Both the position numbers and the translations under genes were made by a program. The notes under the pieces were generated by a model, which was not told where the DNA came from, did not search any database, and saw only the letters and a program-made list of their open reading frames with translations. Shown here piece after piece: positions 15,451 through 24,169 of a DNA stretch of 37,996 bases. The DNA is taken from NCBI GenBank assembly GCA_005240105.1, contig SBAT01000262.1, positions 1 through 37,996 on the forward strand. The letters are read 5' to 3'. The number at the start of each line of letters is the position of its first letter. Positions within the stretch are counted from its first letter, which is position 1. The DNA is from Chloroflexota bacterium (GTDB lineage: Bacteria > Cyanobacteriota > Vampirovibrionia > Obscuribacterales > Obscuribacteraceae).

Positions 15451-16481
15451 AGGATTTGAAGTCGACTATCAATCAGGTGGCGGAATCGCTTGGGTTTTCT
15501 CGTTGCGTGATTGGCTCTCTGGAGCCAATGGAAGCAGAGAGGACGGAGTTCGAGCGCTGGCTGGCGCAAGGATATGCTGCCGGCATGGACTATTTGAAAC
15601 GCAATCCGGTATTGCGTACATCGCCCCAACTGCTCTATCCCTCGGCGAAATCGGCCATTGTCGTATCAGCTAGTTATTACACCAAAGTGCCGGATTGCCC
15701 GGCAGACCATTACGGGCGTGTTGCCCGTTATGCGGTAGGTCTGGATTACCACGTTGTTTTGCGCGCAAAATTGCGAGAATTAAAAACGCAGTTAGAAACA
15801 GAATTAGGTCGACCGCTAATCGGTAAAGCATATACAGATGATGTCGCGCTCTTTGAGCAGGGATTTGCCGCTCGCTCGGGTCTGGGCTTTGCTGGAAAAC
15901 ACACATTGGTTATTGGACCGAAACTGATGGGCTCCTATAACTTTATTGCTGAGTTGTTTACTGACTTGGAAATTGAGCCGGATGAGCCATACAAAGGAAC
16001 CTGTGGTCAATGTTTTCGCTGTGGCGACATATGTCCGACAAAAGCCATAGTTGAGCCAGGCACGTTAGATGCCGGTCTGTGCATCTCCTACCTGACGATT
16101 GAAAATAAGGATGGCATTCCGCTTGAGTTGCGTAGTTCGCTGGGTGAGTGGGTTTTTGGCTGCGACGTTTGCCAGGAAATTTGCCCTTACAATCAAGCCC
16201 CGCCTGTCTCTACATGGAAAGAGTTTCAACCGGAATCAGGTGTTGGGCATTATCTAGATCTATTCTCGTTGTTGGAGATCAAAACACAGGAAGACTTTCA
16301 TTCGCGCTTTATTCATTCACCAGTGAGACGACCGAAAAGACGAGGATTATTGCGTAACGCTCTGGTGGTCATTGGGAATAAACGACCGCTGGGCGGGGCA
16401 GATGTAGTTCGTAAGTTCGCTCAAGGGGAACAAGATCCAATGCTCTTAGAGCACGCACAATGGGCGCTCAAGCAGTTTTAG
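15447..16481 (+). CDS. queG: tRNA epoxyqueuosine(34) reductase
   Basis: 344 aa. The protein shows the motifs ...GYAAGMDYL... and ...RYA.G.DYH.... Two ferredoxin-type clusters are present (CGQCFRCGDICPTKAI and CDVCQEICPYN), followed by a HEAT-like C-terminus. The ATG overlaps the kinase TGA (ATGA at 15447-15450). Confidence 0.9.
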   Translation: MKDLKSTINQVAESLGFSRCVIGSLEPMEAERTEFERWLAQGYAAGMDYLKRNPVLRTSPQLLYPSAKSAIVVSASYYTKVPDCPADHYGRVARYAVGLDYHVVLRAKLRELKTQLETELGRPLIGKAYTDDVALFEQGFAARSGLGFAGKHTLVIGPKLMGSYNFIAELFTDLEIEPDEPYKGTCGQCFRCGDICPTKAIVEPGTLDAGLCISYLTIENKDGIPLELRSSLGEWVFGCDVCQEICPYNQAPPVSTWKEFQPESGVGHYLDLFSLLEIKTQEDFHSRFIHSPVRRPKRRGLLRNALVVIGNKRPLGGADVVRKFAQGEQDPMLLEHAQWALKQF

Positions 16482-16490
16482 CGAATGTTT

Positions 16491-17615
16491 TTATTTGATG
16501 TCTTTAATAATCTTTTTCCAGGCAGGAATTGATCCCTCTTTGCCGCCACTGATGCGATCTATGGCGGCTTTGATTTCCAGTTGTACCTCGAATTCGTGGT
16601 CATTGTTAGACTTTTCTAGAAATGGTAGTGCATCGACGGTGCCGACATCCGCTAGGAAGCGAGCAGCTCTCCAACGGACTAGTTTGTTGGCGTCGGAGAG
16701 TGCAAGGCAAGCTGCAGGCTGGGCAGAAATGTCTCCCAGGTCGGACAGAGCATCACCAGCTGTTCGCCGTACACCGACAGAGGAATCGTTTAAAAGAGCT
16801 TGTGTAAGAGGATAGGTCGCCGATGGGGAACCGCTAGCACCAAGAGCGGCTGCTACCAGCCGTCGAACTTGCGGGTTAGGATCACTGAGAGCACGAATCA
16901 ATAAAGGAATAGACTCTTCGGAAGCACCCAGTTCTTGCACGGCTAAAAGGCGTATGTGCCAGTCGTCACTATCTAGGTCGGTCTGCAGTTGGTCGATAGA
17001 TCTGGAGACTGGTTTATCAGAGGTTTTTTCTAGTGCTTTAGCCACCAGTCTTTCGATTGCTTTTGCGTCTATCCCTTCTATTTCCTCTATGACATTAGCG
17101 GCTACTTCTTGTAAGGTTTCATAACGTACACCCCAATCGGCCCAGTAGCGTTCCTTGAGATAGTCAGCACCTGATTGAGCCTGCACAAGTTGTGCCGCTT
17201 CGCTGAAGCGGGAGGACAGTGCTATGCGTTTCTCCTGCTTTTCATTCACATCGCTAAGTTTTACTTGGATAGGAATGCCGCGAAATGTCTGGACGAATAC
17301 CGATACCTGACCCAACTTTTCGGCAGCCCTTCGCTGTTCATCGACCGGGGCATCACTTTGCCTAACACCGGACAATACATTGGCTGCAGCATCAAGTATG
17401 AGCTTCCAATCGGCTCTTGGATCTCTATTTAAGGTAATGAAGTCATGGCAGACAAATACGCTTTGTACGCCAGCGATATCGAGAAGTCTAACTACAAATT
17501 CAGGAGAATTTTCACGTTGTGCCGACGTGTAAGTAACTGGCTTGCCGAGCGATTCGTCAAGATTCAGCTTCATGCTGTTAGGGTTTGGCGTTGTCTCAAT
17601 TGAGGTAAGACGCAT
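16491..17615 (-). CDS. Nfu_N-domain + HEAT-repeat protein (CvfC/'conserved virulence factor C'-like)
   Basis: The start is set at ATG 17613-17615, preceded by GGAG at 6-nt spacing. The N-terminus MRLTSIETTPNPNSMKLNL is the Nfu/NifU N-terminal scaffold signature. The C-terminal third carries PBS-lyase/HEAT-like repeats (IRLLAVQELG..., VRRLVAAALG..., VRRTAGDALS..., VRWRAARFLA...). The upstream ORF extension to 17684 has no SD. Confidence 0.75.
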   Translation of the reverse strand: MRLTSIETTPNPNSMKLNLDESLGKPVTYTSAQRENSPEFVVRLLDIAGVQSVFVCHDFITLNRDPRADWKLILDAAANVLSGVRQSDAPVDEQRRAAEKLGQVSVFVQTFRGIPIQVKLSDVNEKQEKRIALSSRFSEAAQLVQAQSGADYLKERYWADWGVRYETLQEVAANVIEEIEGIDAKAIERLVAKALEKTSDKPVSRSIDQLQTDLDSDDWHIRLLAVQELGASEESIPLLIRALSDPNPQVRRLVAAALGASGSPSATYPLTQALLNDSSVGVRRTAGDALSDLGDISAQPAACLALSDANKLVRWRAARFLADVGTVDALPFLEKSNNDHEFEVQLEIKAAIDRISGGKEGSIPAWKKIIKDIK

Positions 17616-17686
17616 CACAAACTCCGTCCGTACTATAAGATGATACACCATTGAGTGATGGTCATTCTGTAAACAGCGGCTCATTC

Positions 17687-18469
17687 CTACATGCCGGCGG
17701 TTAGTCCACCATCAATGGGGATGATCGCACCATTTATGTAGCGCGCATCTTCTGAACATAAGAAGGTGACGACAGATGCCACTTCTTCCGGTGTACCCAC
17801 TCGCTGCATGGGGATATTGGCTTCCACAAATTCTTGCAATGCTTGTTCGCCGGATATGCCTTTGCGTGCACCAACTTCAGCGTTGAAGCGTTCACATAGC
17901 GGTGTACGAATACAACCCGGGCAGATGCAATTGGTGCGAATGCCGGAGGATGCATAATCCAGGGACAAGCTGCGTGTCAGGTGAATTATGCCGGCTTTGG
18001 ATGAGCTGTAGGCGGCGTTAACTTTAATACCGCGCAGCCCGGCATCGGAAGCGTTGTTTATGATGACGCCGAATTTCTTGGGCACCATTACTTCAAGCGC
18101 AGCCTTGGTCATCATGTAAGTGCCTTTCATGTTCACATCCATGACTCGGTCCCAGTCGGCAACGGATGTTTCCATCAAGGGCGAAATGAATTCCACGCCG
18201 GCATTGTTGAAAAGGAAATCGATGCTTCCAAAGTTTTTGATTGTGGACGAGACGGCATTGTTTGCTGTATCCGGCGAAGCGATATCTCCTGTTATTGCAA
18301 TAGCTTGGCCGCCGGCGTTCTTAATTTCAGAAACAGTATTGCTGGCTGACTCGCCGTCAATATCTACTACGCAAACAGCAGCTCCGTCGGCAGCGAAAGC
18401 AGTTGCTGTCGCCCTGCCAATGCCAGAGCCACCACCTGTAACAAGCGCTGCCTTACCCGTGAATCTCAC
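17687..18469 (-). CDS. Short-chain dehydrogenase/reductase (FabG/glucose-1-dehydrogenase-like)
   Basis: 260 aa with a GTG start. It contains the cofactor-binding motif TGGGSGIGRA, the NNAG motif and the catalytic S...YSSSKAG (YxxxK). The GTG overlaps the TAG of the upstream small ORF by 1 nt (TAGTG). Confidence 0.9.
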   Translation of the reverse strand: MRFTGKAALVTGGGSGIGRATATAFAADGAAVCVVDIDGESASNTVSEIKNAGGQAIAITGDIASPDTANNAVSSTIKNFGSIDFLFNNAGVEFISPLMETSVADWDRVMDVNMKGTYMMTKAALEVMVPKKFGVIINNASDAGLRGIKVNAAYSSSKAGIIHLTRSLSLDYASSGIRTNCICPGCIRTPLCERFNAEVGARKGISGEQALQEFVEANIPMQRVGTPEEVASVVTFLCSEDARYINGAIIPIDGGLTAGM

Positions 18470-18747
18470 TAATCTTCTTTGATTTTTTCTTTGAGTTCTT
18501 CGATAGACTCAACAAATTCTTCTTCGGCTCTTTCTTGCAACTTCAAGGCTGCTTCAATTTCTGCCTTGGACATGATGCCTTTGGCGACGATCAATTCACC
18601 GAGTTGTTTGTCGGAATTGACCTTCTCCTCCATCAACTTACCCAGCTGCTTCAAATTGAGTTTGCCCAGCTTGAGAAGTATTTCTCCAAGCCGTTCGTGG
18701 CGAGCAAGCAGGTTCCACTTTTCTTCATCAGACTGAGGCATGTTCAT
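18469..18747 (-). CDS. Small stand-alone MshEN/T2SSE_N-like protein (candidate c-di-GMP receptor) with an acidic C-terminal helix
   Basis: 92 aa. AGGAAA precedes the ATG at ~6-nt spacing. Two 24-residue units, RLGEILLKLGKLNLKQLGKLMEEK and QLGELIVAKGIMSKAEIEAALKLQ, are separated by exactly 5 residues (VNSDK). Confidence 0.6.
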   Translation of the reverse strand: MNMPQSDEEKWNLLARHERLGEILLKLGKLNLKQLGKLMEEKVNSDKQLGELIVAKGIMSKAEIEAALKLQERAEEEFVESIEELKEKIKED

Positions 18748-18789
18748 GGCAGTTTCCTACGTTATACGGTTGCGGGTTGCCTGCACATC

Positions 18790-18795
18790 ATTATA
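18790..18795 (-). promoter_or_regulatory. Possible -10 element (TATAAT on the minus strand) upstream of the small MshEN-like gene
   Basis: The plus strand reads attata at 18790-18795, which is TATAAT on the minus strand. It lies 43-48 nt upstream of ATG 18747, in the 73-bp secF-downstream spacer. No good -35 is visible. Confidence 0.2.
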
Positions 18796-18820
18796 GACCG
18801 CGGAATTGGAATTCTTGCTG

Positions 18821-19777
18821 TCAAGCAGGCTTGAGGCGGTGCGTAGCCTTCAATTCCCGCCACCAGACAAGCAGGCAGCTGGCGTTGAAGATAGATGAAT
18901 AAGTACCGGAAATAATACCGATAAGCATTGCCAGGACAAAGTCCTTGGTGGTCACGCCACCCAAGAAGTAGAGGGCTGACAATGTAATGATAACGGTAAG
19001 CGATGTATAGAGTGAACGTGCCAGTGTTTGGTTGATGCTGTCATTGGCAATGTCACCAAATGTTTTGCGATATTCTTCACCTTTGGCATTCGTCCCTTTT
19101 GAGCCTACGTATTTGACGTTTTCTCTGATACGGTCGAATACAACAATGGTGTCATGCACTGAAAATCCGATAACAGTTAATACGGCTGAAATAAATAAAC
19201 TGTCCACTTCCGTGCCGATTACCAATCCTAAAATGGCGAAAACGCCACATAAAACGAGCACATCGTGGACCAAGGCGATGATTGCGCAGATTGCATAGTC
19301 GAACATAAAGCGATAGGAAATGTAGGCAACCATCATGGCGAATGTGACAATCAATGCCACCAGTCCAGCGGTCAGCAATTCCGGTCCAACCATGGCACTA
19401 ACCTTATCGACTGAAAGGGCTTTGAAATTGCCTAGCGATGCCTGTAGGGCATCATCCAGCTTGTGCTTTTCCTCTTCGCTTTCAATGGCTCTTGTGCGCA
19501 TAACCATGGCTTGATTGCCGGAAATGTCGGCTTGCTGGACTTGCGAGCCTTCAAATCCTGCTTTGTCGAGGACCTGACGTACTTCGTCCAGAGTCACGGG
19601 CTTTTCAAATTGATATTGCAGAATTGAGCCGCCAGTGAAATCGATGCCTGGTTTTAATGGTGCGTGGAACTGCATCAGGCATAGCAAGATCCCAATAATG
19701 CCGGGGATGGTAATGGCTAGTGAAATGCCGATCCATATCTTGCGATATTTGACTATATCTACATGTAAGTTTTTCAT
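18821..19777 (-). CDS. secF: Protein-export membrane protein SecF
   Basis: 318 aa with the GIDFTGGSILQY motif and 6 TM. It overlaps the secD stop by 4 nt. Confidence 0.92.
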   Translation of the reverse strand: MKNLHVDIVKYRKIWIGISLAITIPGIIGILLCLMQFHAPLKPGIDFTGGSILQYQFEKPVTLDEVRQVLDKAGFEGSQVQQADISGNQAMVMRTRAIESEEEKHKLDDALQASLGNFKALSVDKVSAMVGPELLTAGLVALIVTFAMMVAYISYRFMFDYAICAIIALVHDVLVLCGVFAILGLVIGTEVDSLFISAVLTVIGFSVHDTIVVFDRIRENVKYVGSKGTNAKGEEYRKTFGDIANDSINQTLARSLYTSLTVIITLSALYFLGGVTTKDFVLAMLIGIISGTYSSIFNASCLLVWWRELKATHRLKPA

Positions 19778-21330
19778 TTTGTCTTGCCCTTGTCTGAAGA
19801 AAAGAGGGCGCCCTTTGGAGCTTGTGTTTTAGCTTGAGCACGCTTTTGATCGTATTTATGACCAAAGAGTCCAATTTCTTTCGGTATGAAGTGCAACAGT
19901 ACGCGGGTGGCTGTAATGGCGCTGAACATGGATACGGCCACACCTATTGCTAGCGTGACGGCAAACCCTTTTACAATCGATGTGCCGAAGATAATCAACA
20001 CACCGCAGGCAATTAAGCTGTTCACGTTGCTGTCAAAGATAGAACTGAACGCCCGGGAAAATCCAGCTTCAATAGCAAGATATAAATTCTTGCCTGCTTT
20101 CAATTCTTCTTTAGTACGCTCGAAGATCAATATATTAGCGTCAACTGCCATACCAACTGACAAAATAAAGCCGGCAATTCCGGCCAGTGTCAAAGTCACC
20201 GGTATGGTTTTGAATATTGCCAAAGTAGTAAGCGTATAGAGAACTAAGGCTGTGTTTGCCACCATGCCGGCTACACCATAGATGCATAGCATGAAGACCA
20301 TAACCAGGAGGATACCTACAACGCCGGCAATCAAACTCTTTTGAATGGAGTCTTGACCAAGCGTTGCTCCGACAGTTCTTTCTTCAAGAATCTTGACTGG
20401 AACAGGCAAGGCGCCGGCATTTAGCTTGACGGCTAGATCAACGGCTTGCTCGCGGGTAAAGTTCCCTGTGATTTCACCGTTGCCGGCAAGAATTGGTTCG
20501 CGCACATTAATACCGCGATATTCCTCAACAGGCAATGGACGTCCATCGGATCCGCGCTCAGTGGGAACGCCGTCAAGGAAGATACCAATTTGTCTGCCCA
20601 CTAAACGTGAGGTTAGTTCGCCGAATTTCTTGGCACCGTCGGGTTTAAATTCAAAAACAATTCTCCAGGTGCCACCAGATACCATTGGTTGAGCTTGAGC
20701 ATGTTTGAAGTCAGCACCGGTCAGATTCACATCGGTCCATACTGGTCTACCGTCAAGACCCATATCCAATTCTTTGAATTCTAGAAGAGCCGTGGTGCCA
20801 ATTCGGTCCTTCGCTTGTTGTGGATCTTTGATACCAGGCATTTCTACCAGTAGGCGATCCTTGCCTGCGCGCTGAACTAGTGTTTCTGATACGCCCAAAC
20901 TGTTAATACGATTGTTAATGACGGTTTCTACGCCACGCATAACTTCTGGTGTAATTTCCGGAACCAATTTAGATGGCAGAGCTTGCAGTAACAATTGGCT
21001 GCCGCCACGCAAATCAAGACCGAGTTTTAAATCCGTATATAAAGCGTAGCCACGAGACTTGGCAATTACCTGAATGTTATTACCGAGTTGTGTCTCGTCG
21101 AATGCGCGCTTGGTGATATCTTCGCGTTCAAAATTATTCATCTTGTCCCAGCCAGGAGTTTTCTCAACGCGGGACATGACTTCTTTCTGTAGCTCGTCCG
21201 GTGGCAAGTCGGCTAAATGCTTCCAGTCATTGATAGTAGCGACCGGCACTATCGAAAACAGGTTGCAAATAGACCAGATGAAGACGGCCAGGACGGCTAA
21301 CAGCTTCCAATTTTTTGTTATTAAGTTCAT
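19774..21330 (-). CDS. secD: Protein-export membrane protein SecD
   Basis: 518 aa with an N-terminal TM, a large periplasmic domain carrying LGLDLRGGSQLLLQA, and a C-terminal 5-TM bundle (...DANILIFERTKEE...). Confidence 0.92.
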   Translation of the reverse strand: MNLITKNWKLLAVLAVFIWSICNLFSIVPVATINDWKHLADLPPDELQKEVMSRVEKTPGWDKMNNFEREDITKRAFDETQLGNNIQVIAKSRGYALYTDLKLGLDLRGGSQLLLQALPSKLVPEITPEVMRGVETVINNRINSLGVSETLVQRAGKDRLLVEMPGIKDPQQAKDRIGTTALLEFKELDMGLDGRPVWTDVNLTGADFKHAQAQPMVSGGTWRIVFEFKPDGAKKFGELTSRLVGRQIGIFLDGVPTERGSDGRPLPVEEYRGINVREPILAGNGEITGNFTREQAVDLAVKLNAGALPVPVKILEERTVGATLGQDSIQKSLIAGVVGILLVMVFMLCIYGVAGMVANTALVLYTLTTLAIFKTIPVTLTLAGIAGFILSVGMAVDANILIFERTKEELKAGKNLYLAIEAGFSRAFSSIFDSNVNSLIACGVLIIFGTSIVKGFAVTLAIGVAVSMFSAITATRVLLHFIPKEIGLFGHKYDQKRAQAKTQAPKGALFSSDKGKTK

Positions 21331-21370
21331 GTCGCAGATTTTAGCGCACTACCACTGCCTTATCTACTGT

Positions 21371-23788
21371 CTAACTAGTAGCAGTAACACCATTTGCCAC
21401 TTCTGACTCGGCTTTAGCGAGCATAACCAAGGTCTTGATGACTGCGTCTTCGGTTAGCGAAATGCTGTCTATTTCTTGCTCTATAAGGAATTTGACTATC
21501 TCCGGATAATCAGAAGGTGCCTGTCCGCATATACCAATTGGCTTGCCGGCAGCTTTAGCAGCTTTAATGGCCGCGGCTATAGTTCTTTTCACTGCGTCGT
21601 TTCGCTCATCAAATAAGCGAGCAATAATTTCGTTGTCGCGGTCAAGTCCGAGTGTGAGTTGGGTCAAATCATTGGAGCCTATCGAGAAGCCGTCAAAGAC
21701 CTCGGCAAATTCCGGTGCCATGAGTACATTCGATGGTAATTCGCACATGACGTAAACTTCCAGTCCATTTTCACCTTGTCTCAACCCGTTGCGCCGCATT
21801 TCTTCGATGACCAAGCGGCCTTCTTCCGGTGTGCGGCAGAAGGGGATCATCACTTTGACGTTGGCTAACCCCATCTTGTCGCGCACCTTGGATAATGCCT
21901 TGCATTCCAGAGCAAACCCATCTCTATATCGTTCGTCGTAATAACGACAAGCGCCACGGAAACCAATCATGGGGTTTTCTTCCAGCGGCTCAAACTGTTT
22001 ACCGCCTAGAAGGTTGGCATATTCATTGGTTTTAAAATCCGACATACGTACAATAATTGGGCGCGGATAGAAGGCGGCAGCAATTATGGCTACACCTTCG
22101 GATAATTTGTCGATGAAATATTGTTCGCGACTTGGATAGTCTCTGGTCAAACGCGCTATTGCTTCAGCTGCCTGTTGATCTTTTAGTTCGGAGAATCTCG
22201 TCAACGCTAGAGGATGCACTTTTACTTCATCAGCAATGATAAATTCCAGGCGTGCTAGACCAACGCCATCGACAGGTAATTGCGCAACGGACAGTGCTTG
22301 CTCAGGATTTCCCAGGTTAAGCATTAGTTTTGTGCGGATCTTTGGAAGTTTATCTAAGTGCACTTTATTGCGGGTAAAGGGCAGCTGACCGGAATAAACG
22401 AGTCCTTGATCGCCTTGAGCGCAGCAGACGGTAATATTGGCGCCACTTTTCAAAATATCCGTTGCGTGGTGAGTGCCAACTACACAAGGGACGCCTATCT
22501 CTCGGCTGACGATTGCCGCGTGGCAGGTGCGGCCGCCACGGTTGGTAACGATAGCTGCAGCGCGCTTCATGATTGGCTCCCAGTCGGGATCGGTCATGTC
22601 TGTTACTAGCACCTCACCATCTTTAAAGGAAGCCAATTCTCTAACCGAGGGAATTACCCTGGCAGCACCGGCGCCAATGCGTTCACCAATTGCACGGCCT
22701 TTCAGCAAAACCTCGCTGGTCGATTCCAGCCTGTATGTTTCAAGGACTTGGGTGTCTCTTACCGTGTGCACAGTTTCAGGCCGTGCTTGAACGAGATAGA
22801 GTTTGTTGTCCAATCCGTCTAATGCCCATTCGATGTCCATGGCCGTTTCTTTGCCATAACGATTGGAGTAATGTGCCTCGACATCCAATGCCCATTTGGC
22901 CAGCGTAAGAACTTGGTCGTCAGTCAGGCTAAACCTTTCCCGATCTGTCGCCAGTACCGGATCATTTTCCGTTGTGCGCGTGCCGTGTCCTGAATAGACC
23001 ATACGGAACTGTTTTGCTCCTAGTTTGCGTCGTAAGATTGGTCTTAAGCCTGCTTTCAATGTTGGTTTAAAGACAATGAATTCGTCCGGATCAACTCTTC
23101 CGGCAACTACGTTCTCGCCCAATCCATACGACGATGTGACAAGTACAACGTCACGAAAGCCGGATTCCGGATCAAGGGTAAAAATAACGCCGGAAGAAGC
23201 TAAATCGGAGCGCACCATCTTCTGCACGCCAACAGAGAGTTTGACAGACAAATGATCAAAACCCTGATCTATTCGATAGGCAATAGCACGGTCTGTGAAA
23301 AGTGATGCCATGCAGGCAAGACAGGCATCAAGTAATGCCCCTTCGCCTCGGATGTTCAGGAAAGACTCTTGCTGCCCTGCAAAAGAGGCTTCCGGGAGAT
23401 CCTCTGCTGTGGCGCTGGAGCGTACGGCCACATCGAGGTTGCGTCCGTAACGTTCTTCTAATTGCTTGTAAGCCTCTTTGATGTCTGTCACTACTTGTGG
23501 TGGCAGTCCAACATCTTTAATTAGTGCTCTGGCTGATTGTCCTGCGCGAGCCAATTCTTCAATGTTGTTTTTGTCCAAGCCGTTAAGTAGTTTGTCCAAA
23601 TGGTCCCGCAGTCCATTGGTGGTAATCAGTTCGGAATACGCTTCTGCGGTTATGGCAAAACCGCCCGGCACAGGAATGCCGTTTGCTGAAAGCTCCTGGA
23701 TCATCTCGCCCAGCGAAGCGTTCTTGCCTCCTACAAGTGGAACATCGTCCAGTCCAATCTCCTCAAACCAGGCAATGTATTTAGCCAT
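21371..23788 (-). CDS. ppsA: Phosphoenolpyruvate synthase (pyruvate, water dikinase)
   Basis: The start is set at ATG 23786-23788, after AGGTGA at 5-nt spacing. The N-terminus reads MAKYIAWFEEIGLDDVPLVGGKNASLGEM. The phospho-His swivel motif GGRTCHAAIVSRE and the C-terminal PEP-utilizer TIM-barrel segment (SIGSNDLTQ) are present. The product is about 805 aa. Confidence 0.93.
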   Translation of the reverse strand: MAKYIAWFEEIGLDDVPLVGGKNASLGEMIQELSANGIPVPGGFAITAEAYSELITTNGLRDHLDKLLNGLDKNNIEELARAGQSARALIKDVGLPPQVVTDIKEAYKQLEERYGRNLDVAVRSSATAEDLPEASFAGQQESFLNIRGEGALLDACLACMASLFTDRAIAYRIDQGFDHLSVKLSVGVQKMVRSDLASSGVIFTLDPESGFRDVVLVTSSYGLGENVVAGRVDPDEFIVFKPTLKAGLRPILRRKLGAKQFRMVYSGHGTRTTENDPVLATDRERFSLTDDQVLTLAKWALDVEAHYSNRYGKETAMDIEWALDGLDNKLYLVQARPETVHTVRDTQVLETYRLESTSEVLLKGRAIGERIGAGAARVIPSVRELASFKDGEVLVTDMTDPDWEPIMKRAAAIVTNRGGRTCHAAIVSREIGVPCVVGTHHATDILKSGANITVCCAQGDQGLVYSGQLPFTRNKVHLDKLPKIRTKLMLNLGNPEQALSVAQLPVDGVGLARLEFIIADEVKVHPLALTRFSELKDQQAAEAIARLTRDYPSREQYFIDKLSEGVAIIAAAFYPRPIIVRMSDFKTNEYANLLGGKQFEPLEENPMIGFRGACRYYDERYRDGFALECKALSKVRDKMGLANVKVMIPFCRTPEEGRLVIEEMRRNGLRQGENGLEVYVMCELPSNVLMAPEFAEVFDGFSIGSNDLTQLTLGLDRDNEIIARLFDERNDAVKRTIAAAIKAAKAAGKPIGICGQAPSDYPEIVKFLIEQEIDSISLTEDAVIKTLVMLAKAESEVANGVTATS

Positions 23789-24169
23789 CGGATTCACCTG
23801 CAAGTTGGGGATGACATGAAACCTGGTCACCTACTTCCTAGCTTAGCCAAGGTTGTCGTTGTCAGGTGCCGCTGGGCGAATAGATTGAGGAAAATTTCTA
23901 ACTTCGTTACACATGGGGTTAAGCCGTTACAAGTTTTGGTTATCAGTCGGAACTGCTTTTCCCATAGATCCAAGCTAGCCCAGCATTACGGCAGTTTTCC
24001 ACACAAATTTGCGGCAGTTGCTCGCTGTGAGTAAAAGCGCCCGAAACAGCGCTCCCTAGCCCTGCTTGACCACCGCGCTCATAGTTTTTCGAAGTCAAGC
24101 ATGTAAATTTTTAGCCGTTCCACTCATGTCAAAAACCTGTAGTGGTGTCCCTTAGGAGGAAATTCCGAA

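Noticed and set aside
23789-23830. Upstream ORF extensions of ppsA (to 23830), the CvfC-like gene (to 17684) and the saccharopine-dehydrogenase gene (to 33570)
   Set aside because: In each case an internal ATG with a good SD coincides with the conserved family N-terminus: MAKYIAWF, MRLTSIETTPNPN and MKIVVLGGAG respectively. The extensions look non-coding.
23816-24034. 72-aa basic, Cys-rich plus-strand ORF in the ppsA/TPR intergenic region
   Set aside because: It has no family resemblance, an odd composition and lies across likely promoter DNA, so it is probably spurious. It could be revisited with Ribo-seq.
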